Shown here: piece by piece, positions 49,841-59,779 of the stretch
How positions within the stretch are numbered: position 1 is the stretch's first letter
Layout of the letters: every line of letters starts with the position of its first letter
Source of the DNA: an uncultured Chloroflexia bacterium
GTDB taxonomy: Bacteria; Chloroflexota; Chloroflexia; Thermomicrobiales; UBA6265
Direction of reading: 5' to 3'
DNA length: 64,000 nucleotides
Assembly (NCBI GenBank): GCA_963724295.1
Contig: CAVRUC010000011.1
Span: 91,980-155,979 of the forward strand
The notes under the pieces: generated by a model
Told to the model about the DNA's origin: nothing
The model's input: only the letters and a program-made list of their open reading frames with translations
Database searches by the model: none
Made by a program: the position numbers and the translations under genes

Positions 49841-50407
49841 TTACCCAGCGACCCTGCCACCCGCGGCGAACTCTTCCGCCGTGATGCCGTAGATCAGCTC
49901 GTCGTGCAGCACGCCGTCCGTGAACCGAGTGCGCCGCATGCGACCTTCTAATTGAAAGCCGAGCTTCTCGTGCAACCGCGCGGACACCTCGTTGAAGCTG
50001 AAGACGGTGACAGTGGCCTTCTGATACCGCAACTCCCGAAAGTAGTAGCGCAGGACGAGGGTGATTGCCTCGGACGCATACCCACAGCGCCGGCGCTGGC
50101 GACGGACCGTGATGCCGTAGGAAAAGGATCCTGCCCGAGCGTCGCAATGGTGGGTGGTGAGATCGCCGACGACTTCGCCCGTCTCGTTCTCGATCACGAA
50201 GCGGAAGGCGTCCCCCTCGGGTTTGCGGGTCGCCTCCTGCTGCGCCCACTGCCGGACCGCCTCCGCGGATTGCGGGAAGGGAATGCTGGAGACGCTACGA
50301 GCCTGCTCGTCGTCCTGATTCCACCTGAAATAGGCTTCCCAGTCGGACGGCTCGATGGCGCGCAACCGCACGCGCTCGCCTTGCCAGATGCTGGTGCTTG
50401 TGTCCAT
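49841..50407 (-). CDS. GNAT N-acetyltransferase (RimJ/RimL-like)
   Basis: 'RVRLRAIE', 'RRCGYASEA', 'N..S..LHEKLGFQLEG'. Confidence 0.88.
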   Translation of the reverse strand: MDTSTSIWQGERVRLRAIEPSDWEAYFRWNQDDEQARSVSSIPFPQSAEAVRQWAQQEATRKPEGDAFRFVIENETGEVVGDLTTHHCDARAGSFSYGITVRRQRRRCGYASEAITLVLRYYFRELRYQKATVTVFSFNEVSARLHEKLGFQLEGRMRRTRFTDGVLHDELIYGITAEEFAAGGRVAG

Positions 50408-50423
50408 AGGGGGATGATACGGG

Positions 50424-50457
50424 AGTCGGTCAGTCGGTCAGTCGGTCAGTCGATCAG
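50424..50457. repeat. Intergenic tandem 8-mer (AGTCGGTC)x4
   Basis: AGTCGGTC three times, then AGTCGATC. Confidence 0.85.
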
Positions 50458-50487
50458 GACGAGCGTAGACCGATAGCCAAGAGCCCA

Positions 50488-51360
50488 TCACCCTTCATCC
50501 ATCATCATCGGTGATGATTCGGAGCGCCGGAAGCGCACCCAGCCCGGCGAGAAGCGCACCCGCACCGTGCCGTCGCCATCGTCCAGCACTGGTTCGGGGA
50601 GCCGCTCGGCCGGGGACCAGTCGAGAGCGGCGGCGACCCGGATCGCCGTGCCACCGGCGATGGCCGTCAGTGGCCCGCGGAGGGGAGCGACACCTCGCGC
50701 GAAGCGCCAGGCCCAGGCCGCGGGCAGCGAGGAGACCATCGTCCAGTCGGCCGGTTTTGGCACAGGGGCCCGGCTGACACCGACCGAGGGTTGGGGCCAG
50801 GGCTGGAGCGTCCCTGCCGCGAGCGCCGGCAGTGCCTCCACCAGCAGGCTGCCGCCAAGCGTCATGAGATCCCGTTCGAGGTCCGGCGCGGTGATGCCCT
50901 CGGGAACCGGCATCTCCGCCTGGGCCACGATCGGGCCGGTGTCGAATCCGGCGTCCATGCGGTGGACGGTGACCCCGGTCGTCCGCTCGCCGCGCCGAAA
51001 CGTCCAGAACACCGGCTCCGGTCCGCGTCCCGCGGGCAGGAGCGAAGGGTGGACGTTGACGATGCCGAGCGGCGGGGTCTCGCGTGCGGCGCGGGGCAAC
51101 CGCCACAGGAAGCAGGCGGCGACCGCGATCTGGGGCGCGATGCTCTGGATGACCGTGGTGGCCTCGACGGCGGAATTCACCCAGACGACCGGGATGCCCG
51201 CCGCGGCGGCGACCCGTTGGATATCGCCCAGCCGTGTCCCCGGCTGCCGCGCCAGGACGACCGCCGGGATCGCGAACCCGGCCTCCAGCAGCGCCGCCAG
51301 GGGCGGCAGCGCCGTGGTGCACGATTGCCCAAGGAAGAGGACGCTCGCGATCGAGGTCAT
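50488..51360 (-). CDS. Formyltransferase-family protein (Fmt-like)
   Basis: 'NVHPSLLP..RGPEP', 'GVTVHRMDAGFDTGPI'. Confidence 0.8.
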   Translation of the reverse strand: MTSIASVLFLGQSCTTALPPLAALLEAGFAIPAVVLARQPGTRLGDIQRVAAAAGIPVVWVNSAVEATTVIQSIAPQIAVAACFLWRLPRAARETPPLGIVNVHPSLLPAGRGPEPVFWTFRRGERTTGVTVHRMDAGFDTGPIVAQAEMPVPEGITAPDLERDLMTLGGSLLVEALPALAAGTLQPWPQPSVGVSRAPVPKPADWTMVSSLPAAWAWRFARGVAPLRGPLTAIAGGTAIRVAAALDWSPAERLPEPVLDDGDGTVRVRFSPGWVRFRRSESSPMMMDEG

Positions 51361-51556
51361 AGATTGGATCCTGAAGCACCCATGAGGCACGCTCTCCGCA
51401 CGTGCAAGTGGATGAGGAAGGGCATGGTCGAACGAAGATAGCCGGGAATGCGGGGCGAGAAAAGTTGACGCGCTCTGCTCGCTCCCCTACGGTTCCCGGC
51501 TATAGGAGCAGGGTGCGCGGCAGAATCGATCCACCGCGCCGTGACCCCGGAGAGCA

Positions 51557-51862
51557 ATGATGGCGCGAATGGTGCAGTGCGTGAAGATCGGCCGCGAGCT
51601 GCCGGGGCTGGAGAAACCGCCTTTCCCCGGCGAGCTGGGCCAGCGCATCTACGACAACGTCTCCGCCGAGGCCTATGCCCTCTGGCAGCCACACATGACG
51701 ATCCTCATCAATCACTACGGGCTCAACCCGGCCGATCCGGACACCCGCCGCATTCTGCGCGAGCAGATGGAGGAGTTCTTCTTCGGCGCGGAGGCTCGCC
51801 TGCCCGAGGGCTGGATCCCGCCCGACGCCGCCCCGGCCAAGGGCGCGCCGCGGAAGAAGTAG
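51557..51862 (+). CDS. yggX: Oxidative-damage protection / Fe(II)-trafficking protein
   Basis: 'MVQCVK...GLEKPPFPGELGQRIYDNVS.EA...W......IN...L'. Confidence 0.85.
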   Translation: MMARMVQCVKIGRELPGLEKPPFPGELGQRIYDNVSAEAYALWQPHMTILINHYGLNPADPDTRRILREQMEEFFFGAEARLPEGWIPPDAAPAKGAPRKK

Positions 51863-51869
51863 AGCGGGT

Positions 51870-51936
51870 CGAGACGGCGAGACGGCGAGACGGCAAGACG
51901 GCGAGGGGATCGTAGGGGCGACTCCTGAGTCGCCCG
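51870..51936. repeat. Tandem 8-mer (CGAGACGG)x4 followed by a GTAG-type REP
   Basis: Repeats at 51870-51905; GTAG-GGGCGAC-TCCTGA-GTCGCCC at 51912-51935. Confidence 0.8.
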
Positions 51937-52045
51937 CGGCTGATCCGCCGGTATGTCGACCCCAGCCTGACCCTTTACCCGGGTTCACCTTCCCGAACGC
52001 CATCCTCTCTGGGTGTAGACTCGTGCGCTCATCTGGAGGCGAGGG

Positions 52046-52681
52046 ATGCAGGTCTTCCTGGAAACCGAACGGTTGGTGCTGCGCCGGTTCACCCTGGACG
52101 ACGTCGACAACCTGGTCGAGCTCGACGGCGACCCGCGGGTCATGCACTTCATCACCGGCGGCAGGACAACGCCTCGGGAAGAGATCGAGAACGACCTCCT
52201 GCCCTGGTTCCTCCACTACTACGAGAGTGGCGACCGGTATGGCTTCTGGGCGGCGATCGAGAAGTCGACCGGGATGTTCCTGGGGTGGTTCCATTTCCGG
52301 CCGGCGGACGGTCAGCCGTCCGACGAGCCCGAGCTCGGCTACCGGCTACGCCGATCGGCCTGGGGCAAGGGCTACGCCACCGAGGGGTCGCGCGCGCTGA
52401 TTCGCAAGGGCTTCACCGAGCTCGGCGTGCGGCGGGTGGTGGCGTACACGATGGTGGTCAACACGGCATCCCGCCGCGTCATGGAAAAGTCGGGCCTGAC
52501 GCTGGTGCGCACGTTCCACGGGGAGTGGCCCGACCGCATCCCCGGGGATGAGCATGGGGACGTCGAGTACGCGCTGACGAAGGCCGACTGGGAACGTCAG
52601 GAAGCGGCTGGGCACGAGCCGAAGCCTGGTCACGACCGGGAGGCCACGCCCGGGATGGACTCGCCGCGAGAGGATGCATGA
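52046..52681 (+). CDS. GNAT N-acetyltransferase (RimJ/RimL-like)
   Basis: 'LETERLVLR', 'ELGYRL...WGKGYATE', 'N.ASRRVMEK.G'. Confidence 0.9.
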   Translation: MQVFLETERLVLRRFTLDDVDNLVELDGDPRVMHFITGGRTTPREEIENDLLPWFLHYYESGDRYGFWAAIEKSTGMFLGWFHFRPADGQPSDEPELGYRLRRSAWGKGYATEGSRALIRKGFTELGVRRVVAYTMVVNTASRRVMEKSGLTLVRTFHGEWPDRIPGDEHGDVEYALTKADWERQEAAGHEPKPGHDREATPGMDSPREDA

Positions 52682-52758
52682 GGAGGCATGGACGGGGATC
52701 CGTCAGAAGGCTCGACCCGGACTGCCTGGCGGGCTCGCTGCAGCCTCACAGGCTTCGA

Positions 52759-53917
52759 CTAGCCGACCGCCGGCAGCAACGCCCGCGCCTCGTCGGCCAG
52801 CTCAAACTGGAACGGCCACAGCTCGACCCAGCCCTCCACCACCTCCGCGAACGGGCGCCCGAGCAGGTCTTCTACGGCTGGGCGCAGGGTCGGGTCGGTG
52901 ACTATCGGCAACACCCGGGGGAGGAGGCCAATGGTATTGTGCAGCGCCGCCGCAGCCGTGAAGCCCAGGCGCACCAGGCGTTCCTCCCCGGCCCAACCCG
53001 CCTCCCGCAACCCCGCCACGTAGCCGGCGAAGCAGGCCGCATCGAGGTCGCGCGGGGCGATCCCCATCGTCTCAAAGAAGACGAGACTCGCTACCACCAG
53101 CTGTGCCAGCTCCTGCCCGACCGCCCCATGGCCGGTCTGCGTCCAATCGAGGGCCACGAGCTCCTCGCCCTCCGGTCCCCGCCGGACCAACAGGTTGCGC
53201 CGGAAGGCATCGTGGTGGCAGAAGGTCTGCGGCAGCCGATCCAGGGCAGTGAGGAAGCGCTCCCGCTCCTCCCACAGGCGGCGTAGCTCGGCCACGACGG
53301 GCGGCGGATAGAGCTGCCGCAGCAATGGCGGACCGCCGGGGACGGCAAGGCGCTCCAGCTCGGCGACGGCAGGCCCAGCCGGCTCTACCCAGCTCCGCAG
53401 AAATCCCTGGCTGAGCCACGGCTGGTCAGGCAGGGGCACTCCGGCCAGGTACGCACCGTTGAAGCGGCCGAGGCTGGCGAGCCACCCAGGCGTAGCGCTC
53501 GAGAGGCCACGGACCGGGGTGCGCGTCAGTGATCGCCTCGAGCCAGAGCCAACTCGTCCCGTCCGGCTGCGTCTCGACAGCGAGGCAGCGCGGAGCAGCC
53601 AGACCACCGGGCAGTGCATCGAGGAGGCCCGAACCGTAGGCCAGTCCCTCGCGGGCCGGGTAGTCCCAGGCTCCCGGGTCGGCTCCATCCGCGGCGGCAG
53701 ACATCTTGACGACGAGCGCCCAGGGATGGGAGGCAGCGCCGACGCGCGCCGACCCGGTGACCCGGTAGAGGCCGAGACCGTCGCTCGCCCCGCCCCCGAG
53801 CGGGCGGTAGGACCACTCCTCGGCGACGACAGCCGTGGGCTCGCCGAGCAGGTCTCGGACCATGGGCTCGAGCATCGCGGTATTGACACCAGACAGGGCA
53901 CCGGCTTCCTCAGCCAT
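52759..53917 (-). CDS. APH/choline-kinase-like phosphotransferase, frameshift near 53470
   Basis: N-lobe in ORF 53426..53917; 'CHHDAFRRNL...ALDW' in ORF 52759..53952. Confidence 0.75.
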
Positions 53918-53953
53918 CCGGATACTCCCAACGCATCACCTACCGGCGACACC

Positions 53954-54052
53954 GAGGCGGGGATAGCCTATGACATCCTCTACATGCCCAAGGTCGCCTA
54001 CGACCGTGGTCCACTTCAGCAATTCGCAAGGAGGTCATGCCGCAGTTTTCCC
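53954..54052 (+). pseudogene. 3' remnant of an LLM F420 oxidoreductase gene
   Basis: 'EAGIAYDILYMPKVAYDRGPLQQFA/EVMPQF' aligns by eye with 'DVGIEYVIAYIPRVAYDHTPMLRYAREVLPRF' of 36822..37793. Confidence 0.65.
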
Positions 54053-54168
54053 AGGGCGGACGACGTGTCATTCTAGGCCGGCCGGCATCGCCCGCCTCCC
54101 CCAGCCGCATGCACGTGCCAGTGAGATGATTCTCTCAAACCTGAATAAAAAAAGTGTCCAACTTATGA

Positions 54169-54196
54169 TTGACAAAATCTCAAACACGTGTATGCT
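54169..54196 (+). promoter_or_regulatory. Sigma70-like promoter
   Basis: TTGACA, 16-bp spacer, TATGCT, with an A-rich upstream tract. Confidence 0.55.
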
Positions 54197-54244
54197 GCCT
54201 GATAGGGGCATTTAACTCGAGCGTGAACCAGCTAGGAGCGGGGC

Positions 54245-54673
54245 ATGATCTCCTCCGGTCACCAACTTGCTGCGCGTTTCACCGAAAACGTGGCGAGCCG
54301 TCGCCTGGCCCTCAGAGCCCTTGTTGCCGGGGGAGCTGCGGCGGTCGTTCGCCAGCCGGAGGCGTCGGCGGCGCCGGCCGTCTCGACCTACTGGAAGTGG
54401 TTTCGCAAGGATGCCTCCCTAAGTGATGGTCTGATTTTCAGCGAGAATGCGCTCAGATTCTACGGGCTCGATCTCCTCAGTAACGTCGTCGACGACGAAT
54501 ACTGGATCTTCGGCACGAATGCCAGCGGAACCGTCCACGCGACGGTCATTCTGGTGCCCACGCCGAGCGATCTGTGGGTCGGGCTGGTGACGAGTTCGAC
54601 GGACAGTGATGCGGCCAAAGGCGCCCGCAACGTGATCCAAGATTTCATCGAACGTCAGACACCAGTCGACTAA
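54245..54673 (+). CDS. Hypothetical protein with Tat-like leader
   Basis: GGAG RBS; 'SRRLALRALVAGGAAA...EASA'. Confidence 0.6.
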   Translation: MISSGHQLAARFTENVASRRLALRALVAGGAAAVVRQPEASAAPAVSTYWKWFRKDASLSDGLIFSENALRFYGLDLLSNVVDDEYWIFGTNASGTVHATVILVPTPSDLWVGLVTSSTDSDAAKGARNVIQDFIERQTPVD

Positions 54674-54795
54674 CGCGAGTGGTTCCCGACCGAAACACGC
54701 GTTTCCCCGTTGCCGACTGCTCCCGCATCAGGGTCACCTCCAGAACCGCCATCGACTGCGGCACCGGCGGTGCTAAGCAGAAAGGTCGTCACCAG

Positions 54796-56351
54796 ATGGA
54801 CGGGAAAAATTTCGATGATCTGGTCAAGCAGTTCTCGACCACCCGCCTGACCCGCTGGGCCGCGCTCCGCGGGTTCGTGGCGGGAGCGGCGGCAGCGCTG
54901 ACGGGTGCGAGCCTCTTCGCTGACGATGCCGAAGGTCAGAACCGGCGCCGCGGCAAGCAAGTTCAGAGCCAAGGTGGTCAGCACGGTGCCCATGCCGTGA
55001 GCAAGAAGAAAGGCGGCAAGAAGAAAGGCGGCGCCAGAAGCAGGGCGGCGGCGAGCGGGGCGGCGGCGAGACGAGTGGGGCACCCACTCCCAGCCTCAGG
55101 AGCGTCGCCGCGGACACCCGCTGTGCCTGTACTGACCTGAGCCCGAAGCGGTGCCCGGCGAAAACCGGGAACGAGTACACCTGCAAGCTTTGCGACCGCA
55201 TCACGCAGGGCAGCGTCCAGGTCCGATGCGGGAACCCTGACACGTGCGTCTGCGAGTCCACCGCGTGCGTGGTGGGCGACCGACGGTTCAAGAAGGGCGA
55301 AGCGGTTGACGTCTGCACGCCGCAGCCGTGCCCGACCCAGGACGCCTGCGAAGAGCGGCCGTGTACGACCGTCGGCTGCAACCGCGATACCGGGTTCTGC
55401 ACCTACACGGACGTCACCTGCACGCCGCAGGGCGAGTGCGAGTCGCATGACTGCACCTGCAATCCAGAGAACGGGAATTGCTCGTGCGCGCCGCTCCGCT
55501 GCGAGCCGGAGGACGCGTGCCAGGAGAACTGCACCTGCGACCCGGTGCAGGGCTGCCGGTGCGACCAGGTCGTCTGCAAGCCGGAGACCGCATGCGACAC
55601 GGATGAGTGCATCTGCGATCCAGCGGACGGGTCGTGCACGTGCACGCAGGTCCCCTGCGAACCGAAGATCTGCGAGAAGAGCTGCCGCTGCGACCCGCAG
55701 ACGGGCTGCCAGTGCGAGCCGGACACCGGGGCCACGTGCACCACGGACGAGGACACCGAGGGGGTCTGCTGCGGCGACGGCACCTGCTGCAACGGGTGCT
55801 GTGGCGCTGATGGGACGTGTGGGTCGTGTCTGGCCTTCGCCACCAGCACACTGCGCAACGGTGCCCTGGGTGGGCTGAACGGGGCCGATGCCATCTGTCA
55901 GGAACGGGCGCGTGCCGGTAATCTGCCCGGCACCTACCGCGCCTGGCTGTCGGATGGCACCGGTTCGCCGTCGACGCGCTTCCGCCGCTCGGGAGAGGGC
56001 TACCGGTTGCCCGATCAGGCCGGGACGCCAATTGCCTCGGACTGGACCGATCTGACCAATGGGGACCTCAGCCATGCCATCAACGTGACCGAACTGGGCG
56101 GGACGGTGCCCCCGGACCCCGCTCCGGCCGCCCGTGCCTGGTCGAACACGGCAGCTGATGGCACGGTCCGGACGGATGTTCCCGATGACGATCTGACCTG
56201 CGTCAGCTGGACCTATAACGGTGGCGGCGAACCCAGGCCGGGGGTGTTTGGTGGCACGGGTGCCGCCATCGCCACCGACGCGAAGTGGACGGCGGAGGGT
56301 TCGTCACCATGCGGCGTTCCCCGTCGCCTCTATTGTTTCCAGCAGCCGTGA
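54796..56351 (+). CDS. Secreted Cys-repeat protein with C-terminal DUF1554-like domain, frameshift near 55033
   Basis: 'MDGKNFDDLVKQF' leader; repeated 'C.C(D/N)P..G.C' units; 'GGLNGADAICQ..A...TYRAWLS...RLYCFQQ'. Confidence 0.75.
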
Positions 56352-56856
56352 GCAAGGAGCGCTGAACGACAGATTCGCGAGACGCTCGAGCAACAGCACC
56401 GCTGAGGGAACGACAGGTTCCGGGTTAGCGATGAGGACGGGGGACCGGCATGCTGCCGGTCCCCCGTCGATTGCTCCCGCCTCGTCTGCCGCGGTCACGT
56501 TATCCGACCTGGGTTCCGGCGGAAGGACCATCAGACGCGGCTGGCGGTGGTGCTTGGACCGAAGTCGATGAGGTTCCCGCACGGAGCGCGGTGCCCTACT
56601 GTTCCGAGGACAACCGTTCGGGCCAGTGCATCGAATCGCGTTCCGCTCCTGCGGCGATCCACCTCACATGATGCTTGCCGGCGTGCCACCAGTGCGGCAA
56701 GCCGAGTTCCAGGCTCGCCAGGAAGAGCGCAGTGCATCCGAAGCGGCGCGGCTGAAGGAGACAACGAGGCTTCGCTACATGAGCGCGCCGGGTGCCACGC
56801 TGGCCGGATTTGAAGCAGCGTGGCCGGAGATTCTGCGCGGCATTCAGGTCGATCGA

Positions 56857-57492
56857 TCACTTCTTGGCGATTTGATAGCTGTTAATGGCGATGTTATCGA
56901 GGACGACTTCGCCCTGCTCGTCCAGAGTGATCTCGATCTCCTCGACGACGGTATTGCTGTAGCTGAAGGGCTCGGCGTCACCGAAGGGGTCAAAGTCGGC
57001 TTCCTGGAAACGCACCCGGGTCCAGCCATTGCCCAAATCCGTCTGCGTCCCATTCAAGCACCCGACGCGGTAGCCGACGGATGGGAATTCGGTGAAGACA
57101 TTGAAGCGGGGCGCGCCAGTCGTGCAATGCCCCCCCGTTTTATAGTCGAAGCCCAGTTGGGTCAACACAATGCCGTTTTCGCCCTCGATGTCAGCGTCAG
57201 CCGACGCGGCGGTTTCGGTCGTGCAGCCCTTCTCAAGGATGAGCCCGAATTTGGTGCCTCCTTTTTCCTTCAGTCCCTTTTTCTTGATCCATTTGGCCGT
57301 GAGGGGATCGCAGACGGCGCCCACATCAAGGAAGGTATTCGGGACGGCCGTGAATTTTTCCGCCGCCTCCGTATGGACCCCGCCCTGGGCATTGGACTGC
57401 TTGGCGTTGACTGCTCCCAGACTTCCGGCAAGAACCAGTGCCAGCAGAACGAGGAACGCTGGAACTGCGACCCGTAGGTTTCGCGTCATCAT
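56857..57492 (-). CDS. Secreted hypothetical protein
   Basis: GGAGG RBS; signal peptide 'MMTRNLRVAVPAFLVLLALVLAGSLGAVNA'. Confidence 0.7.
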   Translation of the reverse strand: MMTRNLRVAVPAFLVLLALVLAGSLGAVNAKQSNAQGGVHTEAAEKFTAVPNTFLDVGAVCDPLTAKWIKKKGLKEKGGTKFGLILEKGCTTETAASADADIEGENGIVLTQLGFDYKTGGHCTTGAPRFNVFTEFPSVGYRVGCLNGTQTDLGNGWTRVRFQEADFDPFGDAEPFSYSNTVVEEIEITLDEQGEVVLDNIAINSYQIAKK

Positions 57493-57919
57493 GGATCCTC
57501 CGTTGATTGCTACCGGTGGAACAGCGCCGAACGTAGAACGAGGTTGTTGCACGCTCGATTCGACCGAGAGGTGGACAAACTCGTCGTCATTTCTCGCGTC
57601 ACTCCTCCTTCCACTGTCGTTCGCTCCCCGGTCATCGTGGCGTGACAGTCCGTGAGTTGCCGGTCCCGTCAGAAACAGCCACGTGAACTCGGCACCGCGT
57701 GCGGAGGAGCCTGAGGGTAGATTTTTCAATTGATGCGAGCGAGACGCTCTGAATCTTGGATGTATCTACAATAGCTGATTAAATAGCCAAAGTCAATACG
57801 CTGTTAAGTCACGATTATTCAATTTTCAACAGGTTCGCTCGTCGAATGCTCTAACCGCCTATCTTTGACCTATCTTCGACTTCAAGAGCGAGGCGAATGG
57901 TCCACACGTTCCCGACCGG

Positions 57920-58273
57920 TTGCGTCTCTCGACCGAGCCTGGTGCCGGGTTGGTCGTGGTCGAGTGCCCGTTCTGTCGCGATCTGTTGGGACTGGCGCTG
58001 GCTCGGCAAGCCCCCTGGTGTGCCACCTGTGGCGCGTGGGTGGCGACCAACGGTGTCGTGCGCCGGATTCGCCCGCATCGGACGTTCTGCGCGAATTTGT
58101 GTTGGTTCGACTATCGCGGTGGCAGTCGTGGGATTGAAGCCCTGCTCGACCATCTCGTCGGCTGGTCTGCCGTCCGTGACGATCCGGAGCTGCAGACCAG
58201 TGAGGCGTCCGATCTGGCGTTCGACACGCGCTTTGCGGCGCTGCCGGATTGCCAGAACTGCGGCTGCGGCTGA
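57920..58273 (+). CDS. Possible Zn-ribbon small protein (start uncertain)
   Basis: CPFC, CATC and CQNC motifs; lies in the degraded mobile region. Confidence 0.4.
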   Translation: MRLSTEPGAGLVVVECPFCRDLLGLALARQAPWCATCGAWVATNGVVRRIRPHRTFCANLCWFDYRGGSRGIEALLDHLVGWSAVRDDPELQTSEASDLAFDTRFAALPDCQNCGCG

Positions 58274-58484
58274 GTCATGATCGTTGAGTCCGCACCCGAC
58301 ATGGGTGGCCAACTTACCCTTGAGTCGTCATCTCCGGTGACCAACAAACCGGGCAACGATCGCTGGATGCATGCGTGAGCGGCGCCCCTCGCACGACACG
58401 TTGCCGATCACCAGCTGTGTCTGTGATACGCTGTACCACAAGAGACAATCGCAACATTTTAATTCGCCCCAGAGGAGCCTGCTT

Positions 58485-59354
58485 ATGGACGTAGATCGCT
58501 TCGATGGGCTCACGCGAACCCTCGCCACGACTGGTACCCGGCGTGGGCTACTGCAACTCGTGGCCGCGCTACCGCTGGCCGGTGGCTTGGTCACGCGACT
58601 GACGGAGGGTGCGTACGGCGCTGGCGGCAATGGCAACGGGGCGATCATCCGTGGGCCTGGCCGGCGCCGGCGCCGGAATCGGCATCGCCATAATCCCGGC
58701 CAGCACAAAGACAACCGCAAGGGCAAGCGCAACCAGTGCAAGCCGGAGTCCAAAGCCCGCACTTGTGGCAGGAAATGCGGCAAGGTCCGCAACAACTGCG
58801 GCAAACGGGTCGATTGTGGGGCGTGTCTGGTCTTCGTCACTAGCTCGCTGCGAAACGGTAACCTGGGTGGGTTGAATGGTGCTGATGCCATCTGTCAGGA
58901 TCGGGCGCAAGCGGGCGGGCTGCCCGGTACCTACCGCGCCTGGCTGTCGGATGACACCGGTTCGCCGTCGACGCGCTTCCGCTGCACGGCGGCGAGCTGC
59001 TCGGGAGAGGGCTACCGGTTGCCCGATCAGGCCCAGACGCAGATCGCCACAGACTGGACCGATCTGACCGATGGGGATCTGATCCATGCCATCAATGTGA
59101 CTGAATTGGGCGGGACGGTGCCCGCGAGCCCCGCTCCGGAGGCCTTTGCCTGGACGAACACGACACCTGATGGCACCGCGGGCATTCAGGGATTCGACTG
59201 CTCCGATTGGACTATTGGTATTATCCCGTCGCCTGCTCCGGATCCGTTTCCGTTTGGTACCACGGGTTTCGCCCTCTCCAATGGCGGTGCGTGGACACAG
59301 GCTGCCTCGTCGCCATGCGACGTTCCGCGCCGCCTCTATTGTTTCCAGCAGTAG
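58485..59354 (+). CDS. Secreted DUF1554-like protein (Tat-like leader)
   Basis: GAGGAG RBS; 'MDVDRFDGLTRTL...TRRGLL'; C-terminal domain paralogous to that of 54796..56351. Confidence 0.8.
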   Translation: MDVDRFDGLTRTLATTGTRRGLLQLVAALPLAGGLVTRLTEGAYGAGGNGNGAIIRGPGRRRRRNRHRHNPGQHKDNRKGKRNQCKPESKARTCGRKCGKVRNNCGKRVDCGACLVFVTSSLRNGNLGGLNGADAICQDRAQAGGLPGTYRAWLSDDTGSPSTRFRCTAASCSGEGYRLPDQAQTQIATDWTDLTDGDLIHAINVTELGGTVPASPAPEAFAWTNTTPDGTAGIQGFDCSDWTIGIIPSPAPDPFPFGTTGFALSNGGAWTQAASSPCDVPRRLYCFQQ

Positions 59355-59424
59355 TGAAGCGAGAATCGTCACCAACTGGCAACATCGACGCTTCATCCAC
59401 CAGGTGATGACCGGCGCCGTCCTG

Positions 59425-59756
59425 ATGCGCAAGTCGAAGGTCCGGGCGGACCAGATCATCGCGAGACACACGAGGGTCGCGAGCCTCAGAGTGAGTGGCG
59501 GGAGTCTCAGCGACATTTCGGCGATCCTGGGGGTCCACCAAGCGACGATTAGCCGCGATCTCGTCGTCATCCGGCAGACGTGGAAGACCGACTTCCTGGA
59601 GAGTCTCTAGAGCATCAGACCCTCGTTGCGCGGAGACTCGATCGCTTGTTGCTGGCGGTCTGGCGGATGGCGCTCGCTGGTGACGTCGAGGCGATTTTTG
59701 CCGCGCTCAAAATTGAAGCCGATCGTCTCTGCCTGCTGGGTCTAGACGCGCCGTAA
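59425..59756 (+). pseudogene. HTH / small-terminase-like gene, frameshifted near 59605
   Basis: HTH 'SLSDISAILGVHQATISRDL'; shifted frame 'RLDRLLLAVW..ALAGD..AI...LKIE..R..LLGLDAP'. Confidence 0.6.
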
Positions 59757-59779
59757 CAGAGCGGCATGAGGCAGTCACG

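Noticed and set aside
1916..55040. Isolated frameshifts (near 1920, 40114, 53470, 55033) as programmed recoding or phase variation
   Set aside because: No slippery heptamer or long homopolymer at these sites. Consensus error or recent mutation is a simpler explanation.
56626..56860. Fragment 'AEFQARQEE...GATLAGFEAAWPEI' as a gene
   Set aside because: It may be a relic of the degraded element, but it has no clear start and runs antisense into a better-supported gene.
55825..59354. Diversity-generating retroelement (template/variable repeat pair)
   Set aside because: Both copies are coding, the differences include indels and are not adenine-specific, and no reverse transcriptase is in the window.
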